A stretch of 64,000 nucleotides of DNA from positions 7,414 to 71,413 of the forward strand of contig DDLX01000042.1 in NCBI GenBank assembly GCA_002340355.1, written 5' to 3'. Position numbers and translations under genes: made by a program. Below are positions 49,556-59,586 of this stretch, in pieces (positions within the stretch are counted from its first letter, which is position 1; each line of letters begins with the position of its first letter). The notes under the pieces were generated by a model. It was not told where the DNA came from and made no database searches. It saw only the letters and a program-made list of their open reading frames with translations. This stretch comes from Cytophagales bacterium UBA2561. GTDB lineage: Bacteria > Bacteroidota > Bacteroidia > Cytophagales > Thermoflexibacteraceae.

Positions 49556-51052
49556 TTAAAATTTAAATTTGGCTAGATAAAAAACTTCTCGTTTCCCTTT
49601 ATCATCTGTGTTTTCGGTATTACGAACAACTCGATAGCCACTTGCCAAAAAATAGTTATCATACCAATTAAAAACAGATTCTCGTGTGGCTCTTCGGATT
49701 TTATCTTTAGAATAAAAAACGGGTACTCTTCGAATAGGAAATGTTTTGGGAGTTTCAGTTTTGGTAAAAGAAGCAGCATAAAACTTTGATTCTCTTCCGT
49801 GATAAAACAGCCATTCATTACCTCGTTTTTTGAGTGCAGAAATAACTCGTAAATTTCTTAATTTGAAGTAGTTATGTTTTATAGAATTATCCCAAAGCAG
49901 TTCTCCTTCCTTGTCCATTGTTATCATAAATCCGTGTGTATAAATGAAGCCTTCTAAAATATGTCCTCCTCGAACAGGAGTACGCCATGTATTGAAAGGG
50001 TCAAGAGGATTGTCTTGTTGATAAACAGGATAATAGGCTTCTCCGACCAAAATTAATTGATCATCTATCCACATCGGATGGCGCAACAATACACGAGAAG
50101 TACGGGTATAATTAGGATCTTTTTTCGAGTCTTTTATACGATTTTGTTGTTTTTTAGGCAAATAATTGAAGAAGTTTTCTAAATCTGTAAATTTGTAAAA
50201 TTTGAAGAAATCAGGTTTTTGATTGTCTGCTTTGGCATCAAACTGAGCAACAAAAAAACCTTCGGGCAAAGTTCGAAAAGTAGAAGCATATACCCCTGAA
50301 AAAAGATGTTTATTTCCTACAGTTTTGAGTTTAGCATCAAAAATAATGGGTTCTTTACCATCATAAACCGTGTATTCATGTTTTAATGTTGCTGTTTGGA
50401 GGGCAAACGTTTTAACTTTTACTACAAAATGACGATACTTTTGATGCATGACAGTGATATAAATCTCCTGATTTTGACGGCTTATACTAATAGCAGAAAT
50501 TTTCGTTTTTCGAGTGAGGGAAGCCGATAATGCCTTGACTCTAGGATTTTTCTGATTCAAATCAAAATGAAAAATTATAGGTATTCTTCGAAGCATTCCT
50601 GTTACAAAACAATGTCCATCTACTACTACAAAACTCGAAATCAATAGTTTTTTGAGGGTAAATAAATGATGAATTTTAGATTGTAATGTTTTGGTATTCA
50701 AGGCTAAAACTTGAAGCTCATCTTTTTTGTAATTGTAAAATAATGAATATGAAACACCTTTATCTTGTGAGCGTCCAACCAAATATAATTTAGGAGAAAT
50801 GGAAATAGTGGTACTATCCAATAGCTGGAAATTAGTATCTAGTCTAATAAAAGTCCAATTATTATTACTAGATAATATAGGTGATTTTTCCGACTTAGTA
50901 AGCAATAACCCTTCTTTTCCAAGCGATTGTATTAAGTAATTATTTTCAGGATAAATAGCTGGAATTTCTAATACCTTTGTGGAATCAGATTGTCCGTATG
51001 TATTAAAAAATGCTCCGATAAATAATCCCAAAAAAAGTAGAAGTTGTTTCAT
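49556..51052 (-). CDS. hypothetical secreted protein
   Basis: 498-aa ORF with a signal peptide (MKQLLLFLGLFIGAFFNTYGQ). It is beta-rich with no recognised motif. Confidence 0.55.
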   Translation of the reverse strand: MKQLLLFLGLFIGAFFNTYGQSDSTKVLEIPAIYPENNYLIQSLGKEGLLLTKSEKSPILSSNNNWTFIRLDTNFQLLDSTTISISPKLYLVGRSQDKGVSYSLFYNYKKDELQVLALNTKTLQSKIHHLFTLKKLLISSFVVVDGHCFVTGMLRRIPIIFHFDLNQKNPRVKALSASLTRKTKISAISISRQNQEIYITVMHQKYRHFVVKVKTFALQTATLKHEYTVYDGKEPIIFDAKLKTVGNKHLFSGVYASTFRTLPEGFFVAQFDAKADNQKPDFFKFYKFTDLENFFNYLPKKQQNRIKDSKKDPNYTRTSRVLLRHPMWIDDQLILVGEAYYPVYQQDNPLDPFNTWRTPVRGGHILEGFIYTHGFMITMDKEGELLWDNSIKHNYFKLRNLRVISALKKRGNEWLFYHGRESKFYAASFTKTETPKTFPIRRVPVFYSKDKIRRATRESVFNWYDNYFLASGYRVVRNTENTDDKGKREVFYLAKFKF

Positions 51053-51129
51053 AACTTAGCATTAATCTGACGGATGTTTTTAATATAAAAATCTGATTAT
51101 CAATATTTAAAATCTTTCTGTAATACCCT

Positions 51130-51612
51130 CTATAATATTGAGAAAGATTCAAAATAATTCGTTACTCTTTTATCGTTGATATACGATTTATCTGAAATTA
51201 CTAATAATTGGAAAATCTTATTTTGATGCACTAAAATACGGCATTGAATATAAACATTGTCTGCATTTCTGAACTTCAGATTAATACCTGTTCCTCCTGA
51301 AAAAGACTCCGAAGATGTAACTATTCCATTATGAGTTAGTGTTTTAACGATACCATTAACTAACTGAATTTGATGTTGCTTTTTTAATGATTTATCCAGT
51401 TCAGTAATCACAATACCGTAGGCAGTTTCTCGACTCTTGGAACGATACTGCCATGTCGTATATTTCCCTTCTTTTTTTTCAAGGGAAGGCTCATTAGGAA
51501 AAGCAATTTTGAATCCCGCCTCTCGATATAAATAAATTTGATACGACTCGGATTGACCGTAAACTGTCCCCGAAATAACCATAAAAACCAACCAAAATCC
51601 AATATTTTTCAT
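51130..51612 (-). CDS. hypothetical secreted protein
   Basis: 160-aa ORF with a signal peptide (MKNIGFWLVFMVISGTVYGQ). Confidence 0.5.
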   Translation of the reverse strand: MKNIGFWLVFMVISGTVYGQSESYQIYLYREAGFKIAFPNEPSLEKKEGKYTTWQYRSKSRETAYGIVITELDKSLKKQHQIQLVNGIVKTLTHNGIVTSSESFSGGTGINLKFRNADNVYIQCRILVHQNKIFQLLVISDKSYINDKRVTNYFESFSIL

Positions 51613-51785
51613 TACTATTATAAATGATAAATTATTAATATTTTTAAAACAATATTAATTTTGTTTATGACCAATAAAATACGGACTAAGATGTGAACTT
51701 TTTTCTTAAAAATACTATCTTTAGCTTTCTTTACTACAATAAAGTAATGAATTTCATTCAAGCAACTTCATCCCACTTTTGACTT

Positions 51786-53888
51786 ATGTTCTGGACACCT
51801 TATGTTTTTGTACGATTAGTCGGCTGGCTTATTTTAGGTATTGCATTTTACTTCATCTTTGAACCTAATTTTTCTTATTGGGTCGAATTATTTGGTATCC
51901 TAACCTTATGTTATGGCTTTTTATTTCAGTATATTCGCCGTCAAAAATCATATCAATTTGCTTCTATTTTTGGCAATTTAGCCTTTTTGTTGGTCTTTAT
52001 TTTTGGCATTGCTCTCACGGATTTAAAAACTCCTCATCAACATCCCAACCACTTCATAAATTTTAAAGATTCTGTAACTCATTTTGAGGCTGTTTTAGTT
52101 TCTGACCTCAGTGAAAAACTAAAATCCTATAAAGCGGAGGTTCAAATTTCACGAGTGTATTCAGCCCAAAGATGGCATTTTGTCAAAAGCAAAGCGATTA
52201 TCTATTTTCAGAAATCAACCCTATTTACGGATTTTCATTATGGTACAAAAATTATTGCTAAAGGTTTTCCTCACTTAATTCGTCCACCTGAAAACCCTGA
52301 AACCTTTGATTATCAAAGTTATTTAAAAAATAAAGGGATTTATCATCAGTTATATTTACCGCAGAGTGCTGTTGTGAAGATGGGAGAAGAACCATTGAAT
52401 TGGGGATTAAATTTTGCTTACCAAATACGCCGATTTTGTGCTGATAAATTACGAAAATATGTTCCTAATCCTGAATCTGCTAGCATTGTGGTAGCTTTAG
52501 TATTGGGTTTAAAAGATGGCATTAGCCATGAACTTCGAGAGGTTTATACTTCAGCAGGGGTTATACATGTTTTGGCAGTTTCAGGGCTTCATGTTGGTAT
52601 CATTTTCATGCTGATTTCCAAAGTTTTTCATCGCTTGAATGACACTAAGAAAGGAAAGTTACTTTTTACTTTTTTAGTGATTGGTATTCTTTTTTTGTAC
52701 GCCTTAATTACTGGATTTTCGCCGTCTGTGGTGCGCTCGGTGGTGATGTTTTCTTCTTTTACATGGGCAACTGCCAGCCAACGTGGGTCAAATATTTATA
52801 ATACTATTGCTTTTTCAGCTTTTGTAATGTTGTGTTACAACCCTTATTTTTTGATAGAGGTCGGTTTTCAATTATCATATTTAGCTGTTATTGGTATTGT
52901 TTACTTTTATCCCAAATTATATCCTTTATGGACTCCACCTTGGAAAGGTCTCCGCTTTTTTTGGCAATTGATAATTGTTTCAGTATCTGCACAAATTGCC
53001 GTGACTCCAATTAGTTTATACTATTTTCATCAATTTTCAGTGTATTTCTTATTGGCAAATGCCCTTATAGTACCATTAATTCCGTGTTTAATTGGTTTGA
53101 GTTTAGGCACGTTAGGACTTTCATTTTTAGATATTTTCTCAGAAAATGGGGATAATATTTTAGCCGAGTTTTTAGGTGAAGTTTTGAGTAAATTCATGAT
53201 GATTCTTAACACTGGCTTAACCTATGTCAATCGTTTACCGTTCTATTTAGTAGAAAATGTTTCTATTTCTGCCTTCGAAACGATCCTACTTTATGGGGTC
53301 ATAGTTGGAATATCGTGTTTATTCTATTTTCGTAAATTTTGGATTTTATGGTTTGTCCTAAGTTGTTCCGTAATTTTTTGTGGACAAGCAATTTATAAAT
53401 ATTGGAATACCAGCCAACAACGCCAATTGGTAATTTATAGCTTAAAAAGTGCAAATGTGGCTTTTATAGATGGTCATGAGGTTACTTTGCTTTCTGATTC
53501 CATAACGGTTCATAATCAAAAGCAACTACAAACACAACTAGGAGGACATTGGCGAAAACAAAATATTAGAATAGCTAATTTCTTCTCATTCCCTAAAAGT
53601 ACACGTAAGAAATATATATCCTTAGCAAAATTTAACAAAATAAGTATTTTAATAAACCCTAAAAAACGAAAAATAAACTTAAATAAAATACCTAATGCAG
53701 ATATTTTAATTTTAGATTACCATCATTATAATGAATTATTAAAATTAAACAAAAATAAATTTATTGAGATTATTATTACTCATATTCCTAAAAATATTCC
53801 GCTAACAGATTTGAAACAAATACTTGCCAAAAAGTGCCAAAAATTCACTTTAATTCATCAAAATCATAGTTTTATACAATCTTTTTAA
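51786..53888 (+). CDS. comEC: ComEC/Rec2-family DNA internalisation channel protein
   Basis: 700-aa polytopic protein. SAGVIHVLAVSGLHVGI is the hallmark competence-domain motif. No C-terminal metallo-beta-lactamase domain was seen. Confidence 0.85.
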   Translation: MFWTPYVFVRLVGWLILGIAFYFIFEPNFSYWVELFGILTLCYGFLFQYIRRQKSYQFASIFGNLAFLLVFIFGIALTDLKTPHQHPNHFINFKDSVTHFEAVLVSDLSEKLKSYKAEVQISRVYSAQRWHFVKSKAIIYFQKSTLFTDFHYGTKIIAKGFPHLIRPPENPETFDYQSYLKNKGIYHQLYLPQSAVVKMGEEPLNWGLNFAYQIRRFCADKLRKYVPNPESASIVVALVLGLKDGISHELREVYTSAGVIHVLAVSGLHVGIIFMLISKVFHRLNDTKKGKLLFTFLVIGILFLYALITGFSPSVVRSVVMFSSFTWATASQRGSNIYNTIAFSAFVMLCYNPYFLIEVGFQLSYLAVIGIVYFYPKLYPLWTPPWKGLRFFWQLIIVSVSAQIAVTPISLYYFHQFSVYFLLANALIVPLIPCLIGLSLGTLGLSFLDIFSENGDNILAEFLGEVLSKFMMILNTGLTYVNRLPFYLVENVSISAFETILLYGVIVGISCLFYFRKFWILWFVLSCSVIFCGQAIYKYWNTSQQRQLVIYSLKSANVAFIDGHEVTLLSDSITVHNQKQLQTQLGGHWRKQNIRIANFFSFPKSTRKKYISLAKFNKISILINPKKRKINLNKIPNADILILDYHHYNELLKLNKNKFIEIIITHIPKNIPLTDLKQILAKKCQKFTLIHQNHSFIQSF

Positions 53889-54120
53889 GTTTAGAATCAA
53901 TGAATTCAATTGGTTATTATAGATTATATTCCTTGTAGAAAAACCTTGTTTTGTTGAACAGATAAAAGTTTATAAAAAAATTTGGATAAAATCTTGGACA
54001 TCCAAAAAACCATGCTTATCTTTGAACCTGACATTTGTGCTATTTATACTAACCCTAAACAATTTTATCGCACCCACATTGACTTTCATTGTTTATTCTG
54101 TTACCAAAAACTAATCTGCC

Positions 54121-54285
54121 ATGTATTTTTCAAGTTCAATTTATGCTCATCCCATTGCTGATGCGGCACGATTTTTTAGTCAAAAGAAAGCGAAAAAAAA
54201 ACAGACTACCTCAAACGTAGTGTCTGCTGAAACCAAGTCTTCTTATGCTAAATCTTCTTCTACAAAATCACTTTCTGAAAAATAA
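54121..54285 (+). CDS. small ORF (54 aa), Lys/Ser-rich
   Basis: Below the ORF-track size cutoff. MYFSSSIYAHPIADAARFFSQKKAKKKQTTSNVV...SLSEK. It is preceded by a TATCTTTG -7-like box at about 54017 and followed by a strong terminator at 54369. Coding status is unproven; the transcript could instead be an sRNA. Confidence 0.3.
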   Translation: MYFSSSIYAHPIADAARFFSQKKAKKKQTTSNVVSAETKSSYAKSSSTKSLSEK

Positions 54286-54368
54286 TTCTTTTTTATTTCT
54301 AAATTATTTTTAGATTGTGATACGCCAATAGTTGTATTGAGTAAATGTAAAAACTGACTAACCTGAAG

Positions 54369-54395
54369 TCTCCCTATCATAAGGGAGATTTTTTT
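54369..54395 (+). terminator. rho-independent terminator
   Basis: TCTCCCT-ATCATA-AGGGAGA followed by TTTTTTT. Confidence 0.65.
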
Positions 54396-54517
54396 GTGTT
54401 TGAATCAATATAAAATTAAAGCTGTACTTCAAGTTTTTTAGTAATTTTGCGTATATCACTAGCAAAATCAGGCTAATCAATGATTGAAATATAAATATTT
54501 TTATACTATAATTATTT

Positions 54518-56305
54518 ATGTACCAACATATTAAAGTTATATTTACAAAGAATGAGCGTATGCAGCTCATTTTTTTGCTTTTTGGGATTTTAGGATTAGG
54601 AATTTCAGAATCTTTGGGAATTGGTTTATTGATTCCGTTAATTGATATTTTTATGAATCCTGATAAAATCCATGAAATAGAACTATTAGAAAAATTATAT
54701 CATTTCTCAGGAGCCGAAGCAGATACTGATTTTATATTTAGATTATCTACTTTTATCATATCTTTTTTTGTATTTAAATTAATATATTCGTTATCAATCA
54801 CTTATATTAGTTCAAGGTTGACGTCTAATTTTGAAATTAGATTAAGCAATCAGATTTTATCTACTTATCTAAAAAAAGGATATCAGTTTCATCTTGAAAA
54901 TAATTCTGCCGTATTATTCAAGAATGTAACTACTGAAGTTAGCACTGTTTGTCAAAGTTTTATTAATGTATTGTTGAAACTACTCTCTGAGACAGTTATT
55001 ATTTTGTGCATTTTAGTCTTTTTATTGGTGATGTATCCTGAAGTAACCCTAACCTCTTTATTGGTTTTAGGTATCTTAGGCGGCATTATTTATAAAACAA
55101 TACAATCAGGAATGAAAGAACTAAGTGCCTTACGTTCAATATATTATGCAGAGTATTTTAAAACAGGAATGGAAGCATTAGATGGGATCAAGGATGTCAA
55201 GGTATTTAACTCTCGTGATTTTTTTAGAACCCGTTATAAAGACTCTTTTACAAAAGCCTCTCGTATTGCTATTCAATTTACAATGGCACAGGGCGCACCT
55301 CGTTTTTTGATTGAGGCTATTTTATTTATTGCTTTTATCAGTGTCATGGTTGGAAGTATGTATTTTGGTTATGCTTCTGAAGACTTAATCAGTACGATGG
55401 CGGTAATGGCAGCAGCTTCAGTTAAGATATTTCCTTCAATTGTTAATATTTCACAAGGAGTTACGAATGTTCGTTTCCATTCTAAAAATGTGGAAATTGT
55501 AGCCAATATTATTTTGGAAGCTCAAAGTATTGAAGATGAATCTGATGAAAAACATCCCATTAAAATAATTCATTCTCCTATCCGAATTCATGACCTATCA
55601 TTCAGATATAATCAAGAACACCCTAATGTCTTGAAAAACCTCTCTCTTGAGATTACTCCAAATTGTGCTACGGCGTTTGTAGGCGAATCAGGTTCAGGAA
55701 AAAGTACTTTGATTGATATATTAACAGGTTTATTAAATCCGCAAGTAGGTGAAATTTATTATGGTGAGGAGAAAATAACACCTGAAACACTTTATCATTA
55801 TCGTTCTAAGATTGGATACGTACCTCAGCAAATTTTTCTATATGATGACACCTTACTAGCAAATGTCGCATTTGGAATACGAGAAGATGAAATTGATATT
55901 CAACGAGTAAAAGAAGTTCTGCATACCGCTCAACTAACAGAATTAGTTACTGGGCTTCCTGAGGGACTTCATACTACAATCGGCGAAAAAGGAGTTAAAC
56001 TTTCGGGTGGGCAACGTCAACGCATTGGGATTGCGAGAGCATTGTACCGAAATCCTGAGATTCTTATTTTTGATGAGGCAACGGCAGCTTTAGATAATCG
56101 GACAGAAATAGAAGTAAATCAAGCAATTAAAAACTTACAGCGAAAAGTAACTGTGATTTTAGTCGCACATCGTTTACAAACTATTCAACAAGCTGATTTT
56201 ATTTATTTACTAGATAAGGGAAGTGTTGGGGCATATGGTACTTATGAGGAATTAGCTGAAAAATCGACTCAATTCCAAAAAATTATTCTACAACAATCTA
56301 GTTAA
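54518..56305 (+). CDS. ABC exporter, fused permease/ATP-binding protein (paralog of 3600-5408)
   Basis: 595 aa with GESGSGKST, LSGGQRQRIGIARAL and ILIFDEATAALD. The N-terminal homology to the paralog extends to residue ~5. Confidence 0.85.
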   Translation: MYQHIKVIFTKNERMQLIFLLFGILGLGISESLGIGLLIPLIDIFMNPDKIHEIELLEKLYHFSGAEADTDFIFRLSTFIISFFVFKLIYSLSITYISSRLTSNFEIRLSNQILSTYLKKGYQFHLENNSAVLFKNVTTEVSTVCQSFINVLLKLLSETVIILCILVFLLVMYPEVTLTSLLVLGILGGIIYKTIQSGMKELSALRSIYYAEYFKTGMEALDGIKDVKVFNSRDFFRTRYKDSFTKASRIAIQFTMAQGAPRFLIEAILFIAFISVMVGSMYFGYASEDLISTMAVMAAASVKIFPSIVNISQGVTNVRFHSKNVEIVANIILEAQSIEDESDEKHPIKIIHSPIRIHDLSFRYNQEHPNVLKNLSLEITPNCATAFVGESGSGKSTLIDILTGLLNPQVGEIYYGEEKITPETLYHYRSKIGYVPQQIFLYDDTLLANVAFGIREDEIDIQRVKEVLHTAQLTELVTGLPEGLHTTIGEKGVKLSGGQRQRIGIARALYRNPEILIFDEATAALDNRTEIEVNQAIKNLQRKVTVILVAHRLQTIQQADFIYLLDKGSVGAYGTYEELAEKSTQFQKIILQQSS

Positions 56306-56346
56306 TATTAGTTCTTTTAAAAGTTAAATTTTTAGAAAAATAAAAA

Positions 56347-57132
56347 ATGGATATCTTAGAAAAAATTATACTACACAAAAAGTCTGAAATTACTCAAAAA
56401 AAAGGACTATTTCCTACCATAAAACTTGAAAAAAGTCAATTCTTTGACCGTCAGCCGTTCTCATTTAGAGACTTCTTAACCTCTTCAGATAAAAGTGGAA
56501 TTATTGCTGAGTTTAAGCGAAAGTCGCCTTCCAAAGGTATTATTAATGCTCAAGTCTTACCTGAAGAAGTCGGGATAGGTTACGAAGAAGCAGGCGTTTC
56601 CGCTATTTCTGTTTTGACAGATACGACCTTTTTTGGAGGGGAGAATCGAGATTTAACTGCCATTCGAAATTTTGTTAATGTTCCTATTCTCCGAAAAGAT
56701 TTTATCATTGATGAATATCAGATTTTAGAAGCTAAAGCTATTGGTGCTGATGTTATTTTATTGATTGCTGCCTGCCTTGAAAAGACTCAATTATTTCAAT
56801 TGACTAAATTTGCTAAAAATCTGGATATGAGTATCTTAACAGAAGTTCATAGTATTGAAGAATTAGATAAAGTATCACCTGAAACTGATGCGATTGGCGT
56901 AAATAATCGCAATTTAAAAACCTTCGAAGTAAGTATTGAAACCTCTATTGAGTTAAGTTCTCAAATTTCAAATGAATTTATAAAGATTTCGGAAAGTGGT
57001 ATTAGTCAAGTTACAACAGTAAGAAAACTACAAGAGTTTGGTTTTCAAGGTTTTTTAATGGGAGAGAACTTCATGAAAACACCAAATCCTGCCGAAACTT
57101 GTCAAAATTTTATTCAGGAACTCCAAAACTAA
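56347..57132 (+). CDS. trpC: indole-3-glycerol phosphate synthase
   Basis: 261 aa with IAEFKRKSPSKG, PILRKDFIIDEYQI and GVNNRNL motifs. Confidence 0.9.
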   Translation: MDILEKIILHKKSEITQKKGLFPTIKLEKSQFFDRQPFSFRDFLTSSDKSGIIAEFKRKSPSKGIINAQVLPEEVGIGYEEAGVSAISVLTDTTFFGGENRDLTAIRNFVNVPILRKDFIIDEYQILEAKAIGADVILLIAACLEKTQLFQLTKFAKNLDMSILTEVHSIEELDKVSPETDAIGVNNRNLKTFEVSIETSIELSSQISNEFIKISESGISQVTTVRKLQEFGFQGFLMGENFMKTPNPAETCQNFIQELQN

Positions 57133-57151
57133 ATTTCAACTCCAAAAAATT

Positions 57152-57778
57152 ATGAAAGTCAAGGTTTGTGGAATGCGCCAATTCGAAAATATCCAAGAAA
57201 TAACACAATTACCAATTGATTTGATGGGATTCATCTTTTATCCTAAATCCAAACGTTTTGTAGGTGAGGATTTTGACCCTAAGATTCTCTATTCAATTCC
57301 TGAAACCATTCAAAAAGTGGGTGTTTTTGTTAATGAAGACTTAGAAACTGTCTTTGAAAAGTACCAAAAATATAATTTAGATTTTGTGCAATTACATGGC
57401 AAAGAATCTCCCGAGTTTTGTCAAAAGCTAAAACAACAAAATCTTGAAATAATCAAAGTTTTTAGTATAGGAACAGTATTTGATTTTTCGATTTTAGAAG
57501 CCTATAAACCACATTGTGATTATTTTTTGTTTGATACCCAAACACCCGATTATGGAGGAAGTGGACAAAAATTTTCATGGGAAATCTTGAAAAAATATGA
57601 TAATGAAATTCCTTTATTTTTATCTGGAGGAATTGGGCAAGATGATGCTTCAGCAATCCAAGAATTAGATTTTTTAAATATTGAAGTCATTGATATTAAT
57701 AGCCGATTCGAATTAGAACCCGCCCTGAAAAATCCAAAATGGATAGAAAAATTTATCAATGACCTCAAATTATCATGA
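57152..57778 (+). CDS. trpF: phosphoribosylanthranilate isomerase
   Basis: 208 aa. MKVKVCGM, DFVQLHG and LSGGI patterns are present, and the gene is adjacent to trpC. Confidence 0.85.
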   Translation: MKVKVCGMRQFENIQEITQLPIDLMGFIFYPKSKRFVGEDFDPKILYSIPETIQKVGVFVNEDLETVFEKYQKYNLDFVQLHGKESPEFCQKLKQQNLEIIKVFSIGTVFDFSILEAYKPHCDYFLFDTQTPDYGGSGQKFSWEILKKYDNEIPLFLSGGIGQDDASAIQELDFLNIEVIDINSRFELEPALKNPKWIEKFINDLKLS

Positions 57779-58141
57779 CTAAAATGTTCCTAATTTAATC
57801 TCAATAATTTTATCCGTAATTTGTTCATTAATCTTCTCCGAATAAATTTCTACTTTTTCTAAGTTTTGCTGTATAACTTCCGAAGTATCTCCATTTTCGG
57901 CACTCACTTCGATTGCCTTGAGGGTATTAGTTAATTCTGGAATCCCAATAGAGGCAGTAGAAGACTTGAGTTTATGCGCCGTTTTTCGAAGAGTATCAAA
58001 TTCCTGAGCCTCGAATTGGGAGCGCATCTGAGGCGGAATATTTTGTAAATTTTTCTGAAGAACTCCTAAAAGTTTAAGAATCACTTCTTTGTTTCCATCA
58101 GCAACATCATCAATATAACTCAAGTCAATTTGTTCAGTCAT
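57779..58141 (-). CDS. Hpt-domain phosphotransfer protein
   Basis: 120 aa. AHKLKSSTASIG matches the H.LKGS....G phospho-His motif. Confidence 0.75.
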   Translation of the reverse strand: MTEQIDLSYIDDVADGNKEVILKLLGVLQKNLQNIPPQMRSQFEAQEFDTLRKTAHKLKSSTASIGIPELTNTLKAIEVSAENGDTSEVIQQNLEKVEIYSEKINEQITDKIIEIKLGTF

Positions 58142-58237
58142 AAAATTAGTGTATTTTAGTTTTATATTTAAATTTTATCAAGCTACAAAATTATATTAAA
58201 TAAAAAATAATTCTCAAAATAGTATTAAAATTATTTA

Positions 58238-59221
58238 TTAAATATACTTTTGTACTACTTCTTTTAGAATATCATCATCAATATTACAACCACTCATTTG
58301 TAAAACGACCTTTTTTCCACGTAATTTAGTTTTGGTTTTTAGGGCTGCGATAATGGTTGATGCACCTGCTCCTTCAGCAATATTTTTAGTATATTTGATA
58401 GCCATCCCAATTCCTTGTTTTATCTCATCTTCTGTAAGCAAGATAAAATCGGTTAAATGATTTCGATATAATTGAAACGGAGTATCATACCCCATTCCAG
58501 TAGCAAATCCACCCGCAAAAGTAGTGTTACTAGCTTGGACAATTTTACCACTCTTCCATGATAAATACGCCGCTTTGGAATTTTCTGCCTGAACTGCAAT
58601 AAGTTCAATTTTGGGGTTAAATTGTTTTAAGGTTATTGCGGCGGCAGCCAACTCACTGCCACCACCTATAGGCAAAATCATTACGTCAATATCGGGTAAA
58701 TCTCTGATAATTTCCAGAAATTCCGTTCCAACTCCATTAATTAGGTGAGGCTCGTTAGCAGCATGAACAAAATATAAATTTTCTTCTTGGCTAATTTTCG
58801 CAACAATTTGGGAAGCCTCCTCAAAGTTTTTGCCTTTTTCAATCAGCCTAGCCCCTGTATCTCTGATCATTTTTACTTTTGCTCGATTACTTTTTTCAGG
58901 TACAACAATCGTAGCATTTAGTCCATACAATTTTGCAGCCATTGCCACAGAAATTCCATGATTCCCTGTCGTAAAGGTTATTACGCCATTTATGTTATTT
59001 TTTTTGATGTGGTGCATCAAATTTAAGCCACCTCTAATCTTAAAACTTCCTCCAATATTATGGTTCTCATGTTTAATAAAGATATCTGTTCCAATTAAAT
59101 TAGATAAATTTTTATAATGTTTCAATGCACTTTCTTTGATGTGCTTCTTAACTATTTTTTCAGAACGAATAACTTCACTGAAATTGGTAGGAAATTCTTT
59201 TAAGAGGTTTGTTTCGAGCAT
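58238..59221 (-). CDS. threonine/serine dehydratase-family PLP enzyme
   Basis: 327 aa with PLP-lysine context GGSFKIRGG and glycine loop PIGGGS. Confidence 0.75.
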   Translation of the reverse strand: MLETNLLKEFPTNFSEVIRSEKIVKKHIKESALKHYKNLSNLIGTDIFIKHENHNIGGSFKIRGGLNLMHHIKKNNINGVITFTTGNHGISVAMAAKLYGLNATIVVPEKSNRAKVKMIRDTGARLIEKGKNFEEASQIVAKISQEENLYFVHAANEPHLINGVGTEFLEIIRDLPDIDVMILPIGGGSELAAAAITLKQFNPKIELIAVQAENSKAAYLSWKSGKIVQASNTTFAGGFATGMGYDTPFQLYRNHLTDFILLTEDEIKQGIGMAIKYTKNIAEGAGASTIIAALKTKTKLRGKKVVLQMSGCNIDDDILKEVVQKYI

Positions 59222-59586
59222 GATTTAAATTTTTTAGTATAAAAAATACATTTCCTTGGGCTTATTAATACAGTTTAGCTTCTTGAGATCATACAGTATG
59301 ATTATAAACTCTTGTTACATTGTTGTTTGAAATTAGATAAAGATACATTAAAAAAAAAGAAATTATCCTGTTTCTTGCTTGATTCAAAACAGAGAAAACA
59401 GTACAAGAATCTTTTGATTTATATGATTGAATATACTTTGAATATCACGATTTTAAACGCCATATCAAGTGCCATCTCAAAGGACTTTCTTAGAGATCAA
59501 CATTACTAATTTTTGAGCCTTTTTAGCGTTTTTATGAAAAAATTAACCGATTATTGTAGATTGAATTTATTAGTACTAAAAAATTT

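Noticed and set aside
59312-59509. 65-aa ORF in the long region upstream of pnp.
   Set aside because: The translation is Lys/Leu-rich and low-complexity. This is more likely the untranslated pnp leader or promoter region. I saw no rpsO gene or obvious structure there.
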